64,000 nt of DNA. Source: Nemertoderma westbladi (lineage: Eukaryota > Animalia > Xenacoelomorpha). The notes under the pieces are model-generated. The model was not told the origin of the DNA, searched no databases, and saw only the letters and a list, made by a program, of their open reading frames with translations. The translations under genes and the position numbers were made by a program. Within the stretch, counting starts at the first letter, position 1. Each line of letters opens with the position of its first letter. The DNA lies in NCBI GenBank assembly GCA_032718475.1, contig JAUCBJ010004601.1, positions 1 to 64,000 on the forward strand, read 5' to 3'. This document shows positions 37,463 to 48,119 of this stretch, piece by piece.

Positions 37463-38452
37463 CTACAGTCTGTCGGGTGGTTGACGCGTCCATTTTGGAT
37501 ACCTCGAAACTGAAAGTTTATTGAAGGTCTGAGTTTCCACTAGGGGTTCACGCCAGCGCACTTTCTTGGTGGGTGTGGGTCCCGTTGGGGCCGCGTCTGG
37601 TGGCGGAGGGCCCGTTGGTGTCGCCTGGTGGGCAGTGTCCGGGATTAGGAAGCGTCGGTTCCGGACAAGGGTGCGTCCGGACGGCATCCGGACTGTATAC
37701 TTCCGGTGGGAACCAGTCTCTACGACGGTTCCAGCGCAATCCCATCGCTTGGTGGTCGGGTGTTGAACCCTTACCCAGGCGCCTACCGTGAGAGGTTCCA
37801 AATCTTTGGCACCGCGGTTGTAATGGGTGGTCCGGGCCGATTTGATGGCTGGCGCCACCCGGTCTAGCTCCGTCCGGGTCTCTTGTATAGTCCGGGCGAA
37901 GGCGGTGTGGTGAGCTGGGACACGCGTCCGCATTGGGTGTCCGAAGACGATGTCCGCTGGGGAAGAGCCGCTCTCCCTGGGGCTGTTGCGAAGTTCCAGG
38001 AGCCCCTCCAGGAACACTTCGGACGTAGTAGAGCCCCCGGTCTTTACCAGAAGGCTCTTCAGGGCCTTTACCGCCGACTCGGCGTGCCCGTTACTCTGGG
38101 GGTATTCTGGTGACGACGTGACCGGTGTGACCCCCCATTCCTTCAGGAATTTCGTCGTCGCTGCAGCAGTGAATGGGGTCCCGCCATCCGAGCAAAACCG
38201 GGTCGGCACCCCGCACCGGATGAACCAGTCGCGCAGGGCGGTGATTGTCCGGTCGGCAGTAGGTGGGGCGGAAAACGAGTACACTTCCGGCCATCCGGAA
38301 TATCGGTCGGCGGCGGCCAGGAAGTGCTTCGCCCCAAGGGAGAAGAAGTCCCCCGAAACGTCCTCAAAGGGTCGAGTGGGTGGAGGTTCCGACTGGAACG
38401 ACTCCTTTGTCTGGCTCGATCGGCCGGTCAGACATTCGCTGCAAGCGCCCAC
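37463..38452 (-). CDS. Gypsy integrase core and C-terminus
   Basis: PFEDVSGDFF, ADRYSGWP, SDGGTPF, SPEYPQSNGHAE, RNRRFL; the upstream zinc-finger part is out of frame. Confidence 0.9.
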   Translation of the reverse strand: MGACSECLTGRSSQTKESFQSEPPPTRPFEDVSGDFFSLGAKHFLAAADRYSGWPEVYSFSAPPTADRTITALRDWFIRCGVPTRFCSDGGTPFTAAATTKFLKEWGVTPVTSSPEYPQSNGHAESAVKALKSLLVKTGGSTTSEVFLEGLLELRNSPRESGSSPADIVFGHPMRTRVPAHHTAFARTIQETRTELDRVAPAIKSARTTHYNRGAKDLEPLTVGAWVRVQHPTTKRWDCAGTVVETGSHRKYTVRMPSGRTLVRNRRFLIPDTAHQATPTGPPPPDAAPTGPTPTKKVRWREPLVETQTFNKLSVSRYPKWTRQPPDRL

Positions 38453-38710
38453 GGTCGTCCGGACATCGTTAGTTATGCCCGGCCAGTAGACACACTGCCG
38501 GGCACGTCATAGCGTCTTCTCCACCCCCTGGTGTGAGGCATGGAGGCGCGTAAGGGTAGATTTCCGCGACGCTGTGGGGACCCCATCCATGGTTAACTGG
38601 TCCCGGACAGACCAGAAGATGTTCACCACTGGGTTCGTCCGTGTGGATTCCGGATACCCAGCCTCGATAGCCGCGAGTAGGGTTTTGTAGTCCGGATCGT
38701 CCCAAGCCAG

Positions 38711-40174
38711 TCAGGCGAGTTCATCGAGGACTGGATCCACGAGGTGGGCGGAATCGGAGCCGGTTATGTCGGCGGCGGTCTGGCGGGTGACGGCCCAGAT
38801 GTACATCGCCATTTTGCTGTCGTCCACGATGTCATCCGGTGTCGGGTCGTTGACGGGGGCGCGGGACAACGCGTCGGCTATGGCGTGGTCCTTCCCCTTT
38901 GTCCACGTGGTGGTAAACTGGTAGGGAGCCAGTTTCGTTTTGAGCCGCTGGAGGCGCGTGTTGTCGGTCGCGTCCACCGTGTACTTGTCGATGATCGTCA
39001 CCAACGGCTGGTGGTCAACGATTAGGTTGAAGTGTGGGAGGCTGATAAGGTACGTACGGCACTTCTGCACTGCCCATACGACGGCGAGCAGCTCGAGTTC
39101 TACCATGGCATACCGGGACTCGGTCTCGGTGGTGAACCTCGAGCCGCACTCGACCAGCTTCCAGTCCTCCCTGTGAAGTTGGAGGAGGGCGTAGCCGAGG
39201 CCCTTCAGCCGGGACGCGTCTGTCACTAGGCGGGTCTCCCGGATCGTGTCGAACGGGACGAGGTCTGGCGGTGACGTCAGAGCCAGCTTGGTGGCCTCGA
39301 AGGCCCGTTCGTGGTCCACCGTCCAGATGAAGGTCGCCTTCGTGCTTAGGAGGGGACATAGCGGGAACATCGCGGCAGCGATGTCTGTTGAGAACGGAGC
39401 GAGTTTCTCTACCAGTCCGAGGAAGCTCCGGAGATCGGTGATGTTCCCAGGGCGGGGGAAGCTGGCGATCGCCTTCAGTTTCTCGGGGTCAGCCTTTATC
39501 CCGGAGGCGCCGACGAGGTACCCAGCGAACCGAACCTCGGTCTGGGCAAACTTAACCTTCCCCGGGTGTAACGTGATCCCGTAGGTCCGGCACCGCTCCA
39601 TAAACCTCGCGATGTTCTCCATGTGCTCCTCCATCGTATCGTCGTAGAGGAGTACATCGTCTACGACCTTGATGAGGTTAGGAAGTCCCTGGATGGCGTC
39701 GTCGCCTCGACGGTTAAACTCGTCGCCGGACGAGATCAGCCCCATCACACTACAAGTGTGACAGTACCGGCCCCAGGGAGTCGCGAAGGTGGTGAGGAGT
39801 TGGGATTCCTCGTCGAGGGGAACCTGCCAGTAGCCACTGGCGGCATCGAACACGGAGAAAATCTTTGCAGTCGTGGAGACTCCGGCGACTGTGGTCCGTG
39901 GATTCGGCGTTGGGTAATAGGGGCGTTGGACCTGCGAGTTTAGGTGGCGGAGGTCCACGCAGAGTCGCAGTCCTCCGTTGGGTTTAGGCGCCACCGTCAT
40001 CGGATGGGCCCATTCCGTAGGTTCCTCGACCCGGGCGATGACTTCCCATCGCTCTAGCTTGTCGAGGAGTTCTTTCACCTTGTCCCGCATCGCAAACGGG
40101 ACAGGTCGTGCGCCGTTGACGTGGAACGGCTTGGCCCCATCCTTCAGCTGGATACGCATGGGTGGGCCATACAT
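38711..40174 (-). CDS. pol: Gypsy reverse transcriptase and RNase H
   Basis: LRLCVDLRHLN, FDAASGYWQVPL, VVDD, LRSFLG, TDAS, YAMVELELLAV, DHQPL, ADALSR. Confidence 0.95.
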   Translation of the reverse strand: MYGPPMRIQLKDGAKPFHVNGARPVPFAMRDKVKELLDKLERWEVIARVEEPTEWAHPMTVAPKPNGGLRLCVDLRHLNSQVQRPYYPTPNPRTTVAGVSTTAKIFSVFDAASGYWQVPLDEESQLLTTFATPWGRYCHTCSVMGLISSGDEFNRRGDDAIQGLPNLIKVVDDVLLYDDTMEEHMENIARFMERCRTYGITLHPGKVKFAQTEVRFAGYLVGASGIKADPEKLKAIASFPRPGNITDLRSFLGLVEKLAPFSTDIAAAMFPLCPLLSTKATFIWTVDHERAFEATKLALTSPPDLVPFDTIRETRLVTDASRLKGLGYALLQLHREDWKLVECGSRFTTETESRYAMVELELLAVVWAVQKCRTYLISLPHFNLIVDHQPLVTIIDKYTVDATDNTRLQRLKTKLAPYQFTTTWTKGKDHAIADALSRAPVNDPTPDDIVDDSKMAMYIWAVTRQTAADITGSDSAHLVDPVLDELA

Positions 40175-40199
40175 CGTTGGAAGAGGCGTGGAGTCGTTG

Positions 40200-41783
40200 T
40201 CAAATACGTCGCTGAACTCGCGGAGGAGATTGTCCCGGGAGCGGATCGCCGGGTACGGCGTGACAGAAGCGACGGTTCCGCCCCTGTAGGGGAGCCGGGA
40301 AGGTGCGCGGGAGGATGTCCAGGTCCTGGATGTTCTTCTTCGAGAGGATCAGTCCGTCGGACTCGGGAGAGATGACCAGCTCGGTGGTAGCCGTCGTCCC
40401 GCAGTAGTCGATCTCCACTGGGTACCGCCCCACGGCCGCCATGGGGAGTCGGTTGGCCGCCTCGAATTTGTCGTCGTCTCAAAGCGGGAGGAGGTCGTTG
40501 AGTCGCCCTCCGAACCAGAGAAACAGTCCCTGGTTGAAGATGTTGGCGGCCGCACCGCTGTCCGGGAGGGAGTGACAAACCATCCCCTTGAGGTTCCCGA
40601 TCCCGGAATCCGTCAGGCCCACCGCGATATAAGAGAGTTTGCAGGTTGTTTCCTGATTGTTGGCAACGCTGCTAATACTCTGGCAGTGGTACACTGTGGA
40701 CACCCTCTTCTTGGTGGCGGATCGGGACCGGCACATCTGCTTGATGTGCCCCGTCCTGCCACAGCCGTGGCACTTGACCCCCTTGGCGGGGCATTCCGAG
40801 CCCGCCTCATGGGGTTCCCGGCCGCAGTTGCCGCAACTGTGGCAGCTAGGGTTCCGCCACGCAGGGTCGGGCGATGAGTTCCGGGTGCCCATTGGGGTGC
40901 GGGAGATAGCGGGGTTGCGGGAGGCCGAGCATTCGCATTTGTATGCGGAGAGTTTATTTACTGGTTTCCCGCTCGCAAGGATCGAGTCGTTCCTTTCGCT
41001 GGCTTCCACGCTCTGCGCGATCCGCACGCAGTCCTCGAGGGTCAGTTGAGGGAGAACCTTGAGGAATTCCGTCCGGGTTTCCGAACATCGAAGACCCACG
41101 AGGATCTGGGTAACGATCTGTGGAACTTGATCGCGTCGATCGCGATACTCCTCTGGGCGCGGAGGTGGCCCTGGAGTGCATCGAGGACCGTCTCCGTGGT
41201 TGTATCGTCTGCGTAGATGTCCACGTGAAGGGTGACGCGGATGGTCTCCTGTAGGCCGCTACCGAGGGCAGCAACGAGAGCGTAAACCTGCTCGGCTCGC
41301 GGGAACATAGCGACCGACCTGTTGTCGGTGGGCGTGGACCCGCCACGCCTGTCTCCACCGGCGGAACATGGAGAACTCGACGTCCACGTCGATCTTCTCC
41401 ATCGTCGAGATGTCGATTACCCGGCGTCGGGGAGCCGGGTTCGTGACAGCCCCTGCGTACGTGGGTTGGGTCGTCGGTAGTTCCGGTGCGGCGGCCGCCG
41501 CCACACTGGGTTGTAAAGCCGCAAGGAGTTTAGCGATGCGGTCGTCCGCGGCCGCCTGCTGTAGAAGTAGGCGGTCATCCGCAGCCTCTTGGCGACGGTT
41601 GGCGTCTTCCTGCTGTTGCACCAGCAGCTGAGCCATAGCAGTCTGCCGTTGGGCGAGGATACGCGCGAGGTCGTCCATTCGGATAGGGGTGCGACTGCCG
41701 CCTCGGGCTTCTATAGTTTCGTCGCCGTCGCTGCTGTCCGCCGTGGGCGGGGATGTGATCTTCCCTTTAGATTTAGGCGGCAT
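40200..41783 (-). pseudogene. gag: Gypsy gag and protease, frameshifted
   Basis: ATG at 41783 just after the PBS; knuckles CGNCG..H...C and CHGCGRTGHIKQMC; protease PDSGA; at least three frame breaks. Confidence 0.85.
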
Positions 41784-41794
41784 GGGCCCAAATT

Positions 41795-41812
41795 ATCCTA
41801 CACACTGCGCCA
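41795..41812 (-). promoter_or_regulatory. Primer-binding site, tRNA-Ser-like
   Basis: TGGCGCAGTGTGTAGGAT immediately after the 5' LTR; complementary to a tRNA ending CTGCGCCA. tRNA identity is from memory. Confidence 0.7.
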
Positions 41813-42052
41813 TGTGGGCGTATCTACTATTGCTGCAAGGCAGCAGACGAACAAAACCTTTGTCTGGAGCAGATACTATAATCAAATATAATAGGGTCCT
41901 CTGAGGACCGGTCAGGGCATGTAGTAAGTAGCCTAGATAAAAGAGTGATAGTTCTGACTGACTAACACCGACATACTGACTGTCCAACACCGGTAGTTCT
42001 CTCCCCTCTCGTCCCAGGATATCTGTGGGGCGAGCCATATATTATCACCACA
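41813..42052 (-). repeat. 5' LTR (240 bp)
   Basis: TGTGGGCG...CACCACA on the plus strand; direct repeat of 37128-37403. Confidence 0.95.
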
Positions 42053-42975
42053 CTGACTTTACAACATAACCAAGTATGTATATGACACAAGCATACTCAT
42101 CAAGCACAAATTATATATCCGTGTTTTTGTACCATGCGCATCTAGCAAATTGGGATTATAGTTGTTAATAAAAAAATTCTTGTAATCTCGCTTTAGCATT
42201 ACTACTGCATATGAATGGTTTCATCCAACTGATATTCTCAAACCATCCAGATAATCCACATGTGATCTACATTTGCTAAAAATTCATTGTATGATTGATT
42301 TTGAAATTTTTCATTGAGTTCACAGCTTAGTCTCAATATATATTTTCTAACAGTCTCATAATCTTTCTAACATTTCCTTAAGCTTTCTGGATCAGTATCA
42401 GATGCTGTAACTTGTATCATTTAAGTTTGGGTCATTGGAAATTTTGGAATCTTAAAGCGACAGGAATCAGAACTATTTCTTGCCTTCCTTGCCTTACCTT
42501 CCTTCCCTTACTTACCTTCCTTGCTGCCATCGAATTTATCATTGCCTTCTTTTGATTTTAAAAGAACTTACTTCTTCTTTTTTTCGACAGGTAAAGGTAT
42601 GCCTATATGTCTAAAATGATACAACTTTATCGAGTAGTTTTTCATAATCAGGTAGGTGGCCACAAATTATTGAATCAATGAAATCTTCACATAATTGTTG
42701 TGATTCAGGAGACCCATCACACTTGGGTGGAGAATTGCCCCTTTCATCCTCAATTACCATAGAGAATGTATATGAGGAGATCCTCTTCATTGAAATTCTA
42801 CCCTGAAACAATGATCACCAACTTTGCAATTACGCAGCAATCCAGTATTCCCAAGTAAAGTAAATATTTATTGGATTCTGTAACTGAAATGTTTTGTAGT
42901 TTCAACAGTACCATTATTACTACTAGTACTATTAGGCTGTTTAGATCTGCTTTCGACATTTTGTTAATTTCTTCA
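42053..42975 (-). pseudogene. Helitron RepHel relic, Rep (HUH endonuclease) part
   Basis: FRVEFQ*RGSPHIHSLW at ~42758-42808; FVLDEYACVIYILGYVVKS continues across the Gypsy insertion into SGLSKLLQRI. Confidence 0.85.
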
Positions 42976-42982
42976 TCATTAA

Positions 42983-43685
42983 CCCTATTAAACCCGGGGG
43001 GGGGGGATCAATATGACCCCCCCCCGTGGTTTTTTTATTATAATTCTGAAACAAACGCAGTTGGGAATCTGAAATTTTATGACTTTTCCTAAAAATCTAT
43101 TGTCTTCCTAGTAGTGAAAACCGTTTTCAAAAATATTGGGTACTTTTCGAGTTATAGCACCATTTTTAACCTTACTTTTGGCACTTTTTTTGAGACGATT
43201 TTAGAAAATTACATTTCATTAAATATGAATTGTAACATCTCTATTTTTGATTTAGACCGGTTTTTTGGTGTTAGAAATTTGATGGAATTCATATAAATTG
43301 ATTTAGAAATTTCAAACTTGTTTTTTTTCGGTGGGTGCCAAATTTTGGTGCCAGCACCAACTTTTGAAATAAGTCAATTTTGTAAATTAATCGTTTGAAA
43401 CTTGTTTTTTACGCAATTGGGGTTTTTTGGGTTTCTGGATTCGATGAAATATGTACGAGTTGCAACAAGCGTATCAAACTTGTATTTTTCGGTGCTGTGT
43501 GCAAATTTTGGTGCTAGCACAAAATTTTGAAAATCCATTCAATAGATAAAAGTGCTTGTGACAATTTATTTCTTGCGTTTTAGAGGTTTATGGCTGTTCT
43601 GAATTCAATGGAAAATATAATTATCGAACTAGACATCTCAAACTTGTATTTTTCGGATGTGGGTGCAAAATGTGGTGCTAGCAAC
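42983..43685 (+). mobile_element. One end of a piggyBac-like non-autonomous element with ~163-bp internal repeats
   Basis: TTAA|CCCT start; TCAAACTTGT...TTTCGG...AAATTTTGGTGC(C/T)AGCA at ~43312, 43474 and 43638; other end not found. Confidence 0.55.
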
Positions 43686-43689
43686 TGTA

Positions 43690-44590
43690 ACTGTACATGA
43701 TAACTCCACCTACTGGCTCCAGAAGTCGAGGAAATCCTGCCAAGTACCTAACTGATCTAGACTTTGCTGATGACTTAGGAGTACTCTCAGAATCATTAGA
43801 GGGAGCCAAACGGCTCCTCAGCTCATTAGAACATGCTGCTTCTAGTGTTGGTCTTTTTATTAACTCCAGAAAGACCAAAATTCTGACAGTTAACTTTGAA
43901 AGTCCTCAGCAAGTCTCTGATCGGATGAGCATAAGCTCAAAGGATGGTATGCTTGAGCATGTGGACGACTTATGTTACCTGGGATCATGGATCCGGAAGT
44001 CAGGTGAGGACCTTCGAATACGTAAGGGAAAGGCATGGGCAGCCTTGAATAGGCTTTCCAGGATTTGGAAGTCACCGAGAATTAATCGGAAACTTAAGGT
44101 CCGATTATTTAGAGCAGCAGTAGTTCCAGTACTCCTCTACGGGAGTCCATGCTGGGCTCTAACTGCTGAGGACACCAAATCTCTGGATGGCACATTCACA
44201 AGAATGCTACGCCGGGTTAATTGTGTCAAGTACAATGCACACATCTCCAACCAGACACTATATAACATTGGAGGTGTCTCATTGGTTCCCCAAGCTTGAC
44301 ACTAGAACAAAATCGCCTCCGCTTTGCAGGACATTGCTTTCGCCGTGAGGACCAGCCAGTGCATAATCTTGTACTTTGGCAGCCTCATGGCGTGAATAAG
44401 CATGGTGGACAGCCCATGACTTTCTTGAGACGCATCTTAAATGACACTGGCCTTAAAGATGCGGATGATCTAGCAAATGTCATGGGTGATAGGGAGTTGT
44501 GGCGGTGCAATTTTGTTGACAAGCCGGCACAGCATTCTTAAATATGCATCTGCAATGCAGCATGCCGATCCTAGTAGTAGTAGTAGTAGA
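43690..44590 (+). mobile_element. 5'-truncated RTE-clade LINE, 3' end
   Basis: DLDFADD, KTK, YLGSWI, LKVRLFRA.V.PVLLYG, RLRFAGHCFR; one frameshift near 44295; (TAG)n tail at ~44572-44589. Confidence 0.92.
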
Positions 44591-44785
44591 GGAGCTTTTC
44601 AAAGTGGGCCTTCCAACCATGGAGGCAATCGGCTGGTGATTCAGCCGTAACCTTGGTGGTTGGTTGGTTTTTTCCACCAGCAAGCAAGTTGATCGATCTC
44701 CATGCCTGGGATGATTGCCTGCTGTCGTCAGCATCATTGATGGCATCAACCTGTTGGTTTATTAGCTCCTGTAAATTAATAGAGT
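44590..44785 (-). mobile_element. Inverted internal fragment of the same RTE family
   Basis: Reverse complement closely matches ~63385-63580. Confidence 0.85.
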
Positions 44786-45218
44786 TATAATTTAACTTTA
44801 TTAATATATTATTAACATTATTTACACGACCATTTATACATTTACACAGAACATTATTTGCACCATCAGGGAAGGTCTTATTATTATTAAAGGTAATTTT
44901 TTACTAAATGGAGCACTCTTTTAGCATGACTCAGACTCATGTTTAAATCAACAAATGAAACAGCTTCCATTAGTAATATTAATAATAATAATTATATATA
45001 TCATTATATAATATATATATAATATAATATTTTGAGTTGAACGAATTATGTTTTTGACAGACCAATATCAAGCAAGTAAAATTATTTGGAAACAGAGAAA
45101 CAACATGTTCCTATCTGTTCAACCGTAAGTAGTCATCGTTTTATTTAAGCAGGGACACAAAGCGCAACCCTGTTTAAATACTGTAAGTAAAATTATCACA
45201 TTGGTTACATTTTTGCAT

Positions 45219-45272
45219 ATGTGTTTCGCCGGGATTTGGCTCATCAGCTACACTAACCCGTGCAGGACACAT
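45219..45272 (-). ncRNA. Type III hammerhead ribozyme, copy 1
   Basis: Minus strand: AUGUGU-C^-CUGCAC-GGGUUA-GUGUAG-CUGAUGA-GCC-AAAUCCC-GGC-GAA-ACACAU; complete core, three stems, GUC site cleaving between 45266 and 45265. Confidence 0.9.
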
Positions 45273-45678
45273 GTTAATCCAACTAACTACACCAAAACCC
45301 AGCTAAACACACACACATACATAATAAACAAAATAGTATTGCATTCCAGATCAAATAAGCAATCATTTCCTTAGCAACACTATATGAGATAATTTGTCTA
45401 GTGCATGGTTGCTAATTATAATAAAAATAAAATAATAGGAAGGCATTTTATACAACCATGTTCAGCATGATCCGGTCTCTTAAATATAATTTTGAGTTGA
45501 ACGAATTATGTTTTTGACAGACCAATATCAAGCAAGTAAAATTATTTGGAAACAGAGAAACAACATGTTCCTATCTGTTCAACCGTAAGTAGTCATCGTT
45601 TTATTTAAGCAGGGACACAAAGCGCAACCCTGTTTAAATACTGTAAGTAAAATTATCACATTGGTTACATTTTTGCAT

Positions 45679-45732
45679 ATGTGTTTCGCCGGGATTTGGC
45701 TCATCAGCTACACTAACCCGTGCAGGACACAT
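45679..45732 (-). ncRNA. Type III hammerhead ribozyme, copy 2
   Basis: Identical to copy 1; predicted cleavage between 45726 and 45725. Confidence 0.9.
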
Positions 45733-48119
45733 GTTAATCCAACTAACTACACCAAAACCCAGCTAAACACACACACATACATAATAAACAAAATTTTTTG
45801 CATATGTGTTTCTATGCATATACTTCTATACTTATATTTCGGGCTCAACCTTTAAACCCAGCTGCCCCACCACATGACCCACCCAGACTAGGAATAGTTT
45901 ATAGGTAATTCCGAGGGTGAATCATTCAATAGGGTTCCTGGTTTTACAGGTTGTGTAAAGGGGCCATATGATCGACGATCATAGCAGCCATGGGGGTGAA
46001 CCGATGCTAGAAGGTCATCATCCCGATAAACCGTTCACTAAGGTCGGCTGGGTGAACACCCTGATGACAGTTGCCTTTTCGGGGAGTGTAATGATTGGCC
46101 GAGATTGGTCTCGGTTCTGAACTGGTGACTAGGATGTCTCATCCCTGGCTGGAGCCTGCCTACATCAGCTTCTAGAAAGAATTGGCCACATTCTTCAACC
46201 CAATCAGCTTCTGGAGAAACTCGAACAGGCCAAACAGTGTGATGACTGGTGGCTTACTAATGTTAACCTGTATGATGGAGATCTGGTGGTACGGTAGCTG
46301 TGCACCAGTCGAGATAGATCTTTGATAACATATTCACATCGGTTAATCCTCGAAGTTTCTTCTAATCCATAGATGATCTCCTGGATGTGGACAATCCACA
46401 TCCAGGACACTGAAACTTTTCGAAAAACTCAAAAGGGAGATATTTACTCAGTCATTATTAAAGCAGTTTCTCAAGTGAGTCTTACTTTTCTACCAGCCAA
46501 AAGACCAACTGGAGATCCTTTGGTTTAATATTTTAGTGTTGAAGCGCATTAAATAAATATTTTAGTGTTGAAGCCACTCCACATTATCTACAGCTGCAGA
46601 GGCAGTAGAACAACATCACCAAACTATCCTCCACATGAAATGTAGACAAATATCCAGCCCGCCACTACTGGTTGGTTGCTTACCCATCTCTCTGCTGGTA
46701 GCTTATCATGTGACATTACAGCTGGCGAATCCTTACCATCGTATTGTCCTTTTAGGTTTGTTAAGAAATACGAGAATCATTGACGTTGGATATTCTGACA
46801 CTTCATATCTTTCAATCTTTCTATTCTTCAGATGTCAATTTTATCATATCAAGATTTATATGAATAAAACCCAGAAACAATAAATTGTGTAAGAGGCAGC
46901 AAATTATATCAATAACCAAACAATCATGAAAAAGTTCCATGTACATTTATATAACCAAGATTTAAGCTTAATAGATTATTGGTGTTTATGCGCACTAATT
47001 TTACCTTAGAAAATGGGTATAAAATTAAAACTTATTAAAAATATTAGGCGAGTGCTAGTTAGGTTAATAAAGAAATCCTGATATTGGATGATGTGCAGCC
47101 TTACTCAATGTTACATAATTTAATGTTTTGGTATATTTCTTAATTTAAGCAGAGAGCCGCTTAACTACATTTACCAATGTTGGTTATACCACTATTGATA
47201 AACTTATAGTGGACCCCCTGTTTTCTATCATTGACATTGACGAGAAAAAAATATGTATAGAACAAATTGTGAACTTGACGTGAAGATGACGGCGAATCTC
47301 GAATCCATATTATAAAAGTATGTTTTGTTGTGGCCGATATGGGCAACCCAAAAATATTTATTGGTACTGTAATCATTATATTATTGGATGCATTAATTTA
47401 TTGTCTGTGTTGATCAGGGGTGATGAAACATAGCAGAAGCAACGGGACACCGAAAAAGGGCACTATAGTGGCTTAGCGACAAATTAGCGGCAAAAAGGTG
47501 AAATTGTGTCGAAAGTGACAAAAGAGCCCTCAAATGAGGAAATGAGAAAATTAATGACATAAAACCAAGGTTCCATCTATAGAATCTCACCATAATAACA
47601 ATTAACTATTATCAATCAGGCTGGCTTTGCAACCCAGACTCGTAATGGGAGAATGCGAAGGACTTGCAAAACATCTTCGAGATAGAGATCCAGAATGGTT
47701 CCATCGTTAAACACGAATCTCTCTGTTAGAAAATCTGTTAGGTTAATTAATTAATTCATTAATTATACTGTAGAGAAAGTTTTTAAAAAAGCAGTGGGCT
47801 GTAGCGGCGAGCGGCTGCGGCGAGCGGCCACTTTTTAAAAATAGAACACGGTATTCTCTATGAGTGATGATACACCACAAATGGCCGATGCAGCTCGCCG
47901 CTACAGCCCACTGCTTTTTTAAAAACTTTCTCTACAGTATAATTCCCCAGCGGCCGCTGCGGGCAGCTGCCGCTTCAATATAGAACACATTATTCTCTAT
48001 GGGTGATGATACACCACAAATGGCCGCTGCAGCTTGCCGCTGCAGCCCACTGCCCTTTTAGAACTTGCTCTATTTTTTGAGCGGCGAGCGTCGGCAGTGA
48101 GCGGCTTCTGTGTTTTTCA

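Larger units (their letters stand above)
37128..42052 (-). mobile_element. Full-length, mutated Ty3/Gypsy LTR retrotransposon (Mag-like)
   Basis: Two TG...CA LTRs, 5-bp TSD CTGAC (37123-37127, 42053-42057), PBS, PPT, order gag-PR-RT-RH-IN. Confidence 0.96.
45029..45794. repeat. Two identical 306-bp direct repeats, period 460 bp, each carrying a hammerhead ribozyme
   Basis: 45029-45334 equals 45489-45794 base for base by eye; 154-bp spacer between them. Confidence 0.95.

Noticed and set aside
37548-41904. Many overlapping and antisense ORFs inside the Gypsy element
   Set aside because: Expected in GC-rich coding DNA; no recognisable motifs.
43765-43780. CTGATGA matches here and at ~25454, ~35430 and ~46062
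   Set aside because: No stem II followed by GAAA; the first two are simply the ADD codons of RT.
45029-45794. Canonical LTR pair of a Ty3/Gypsy-dependent retrozyme or TRIM
   Set aside because: TG and CA lie near the repeat ends, but there is no PBS, PPT or TSD and identity extends past them; kept only as a retrozyme-like unit.
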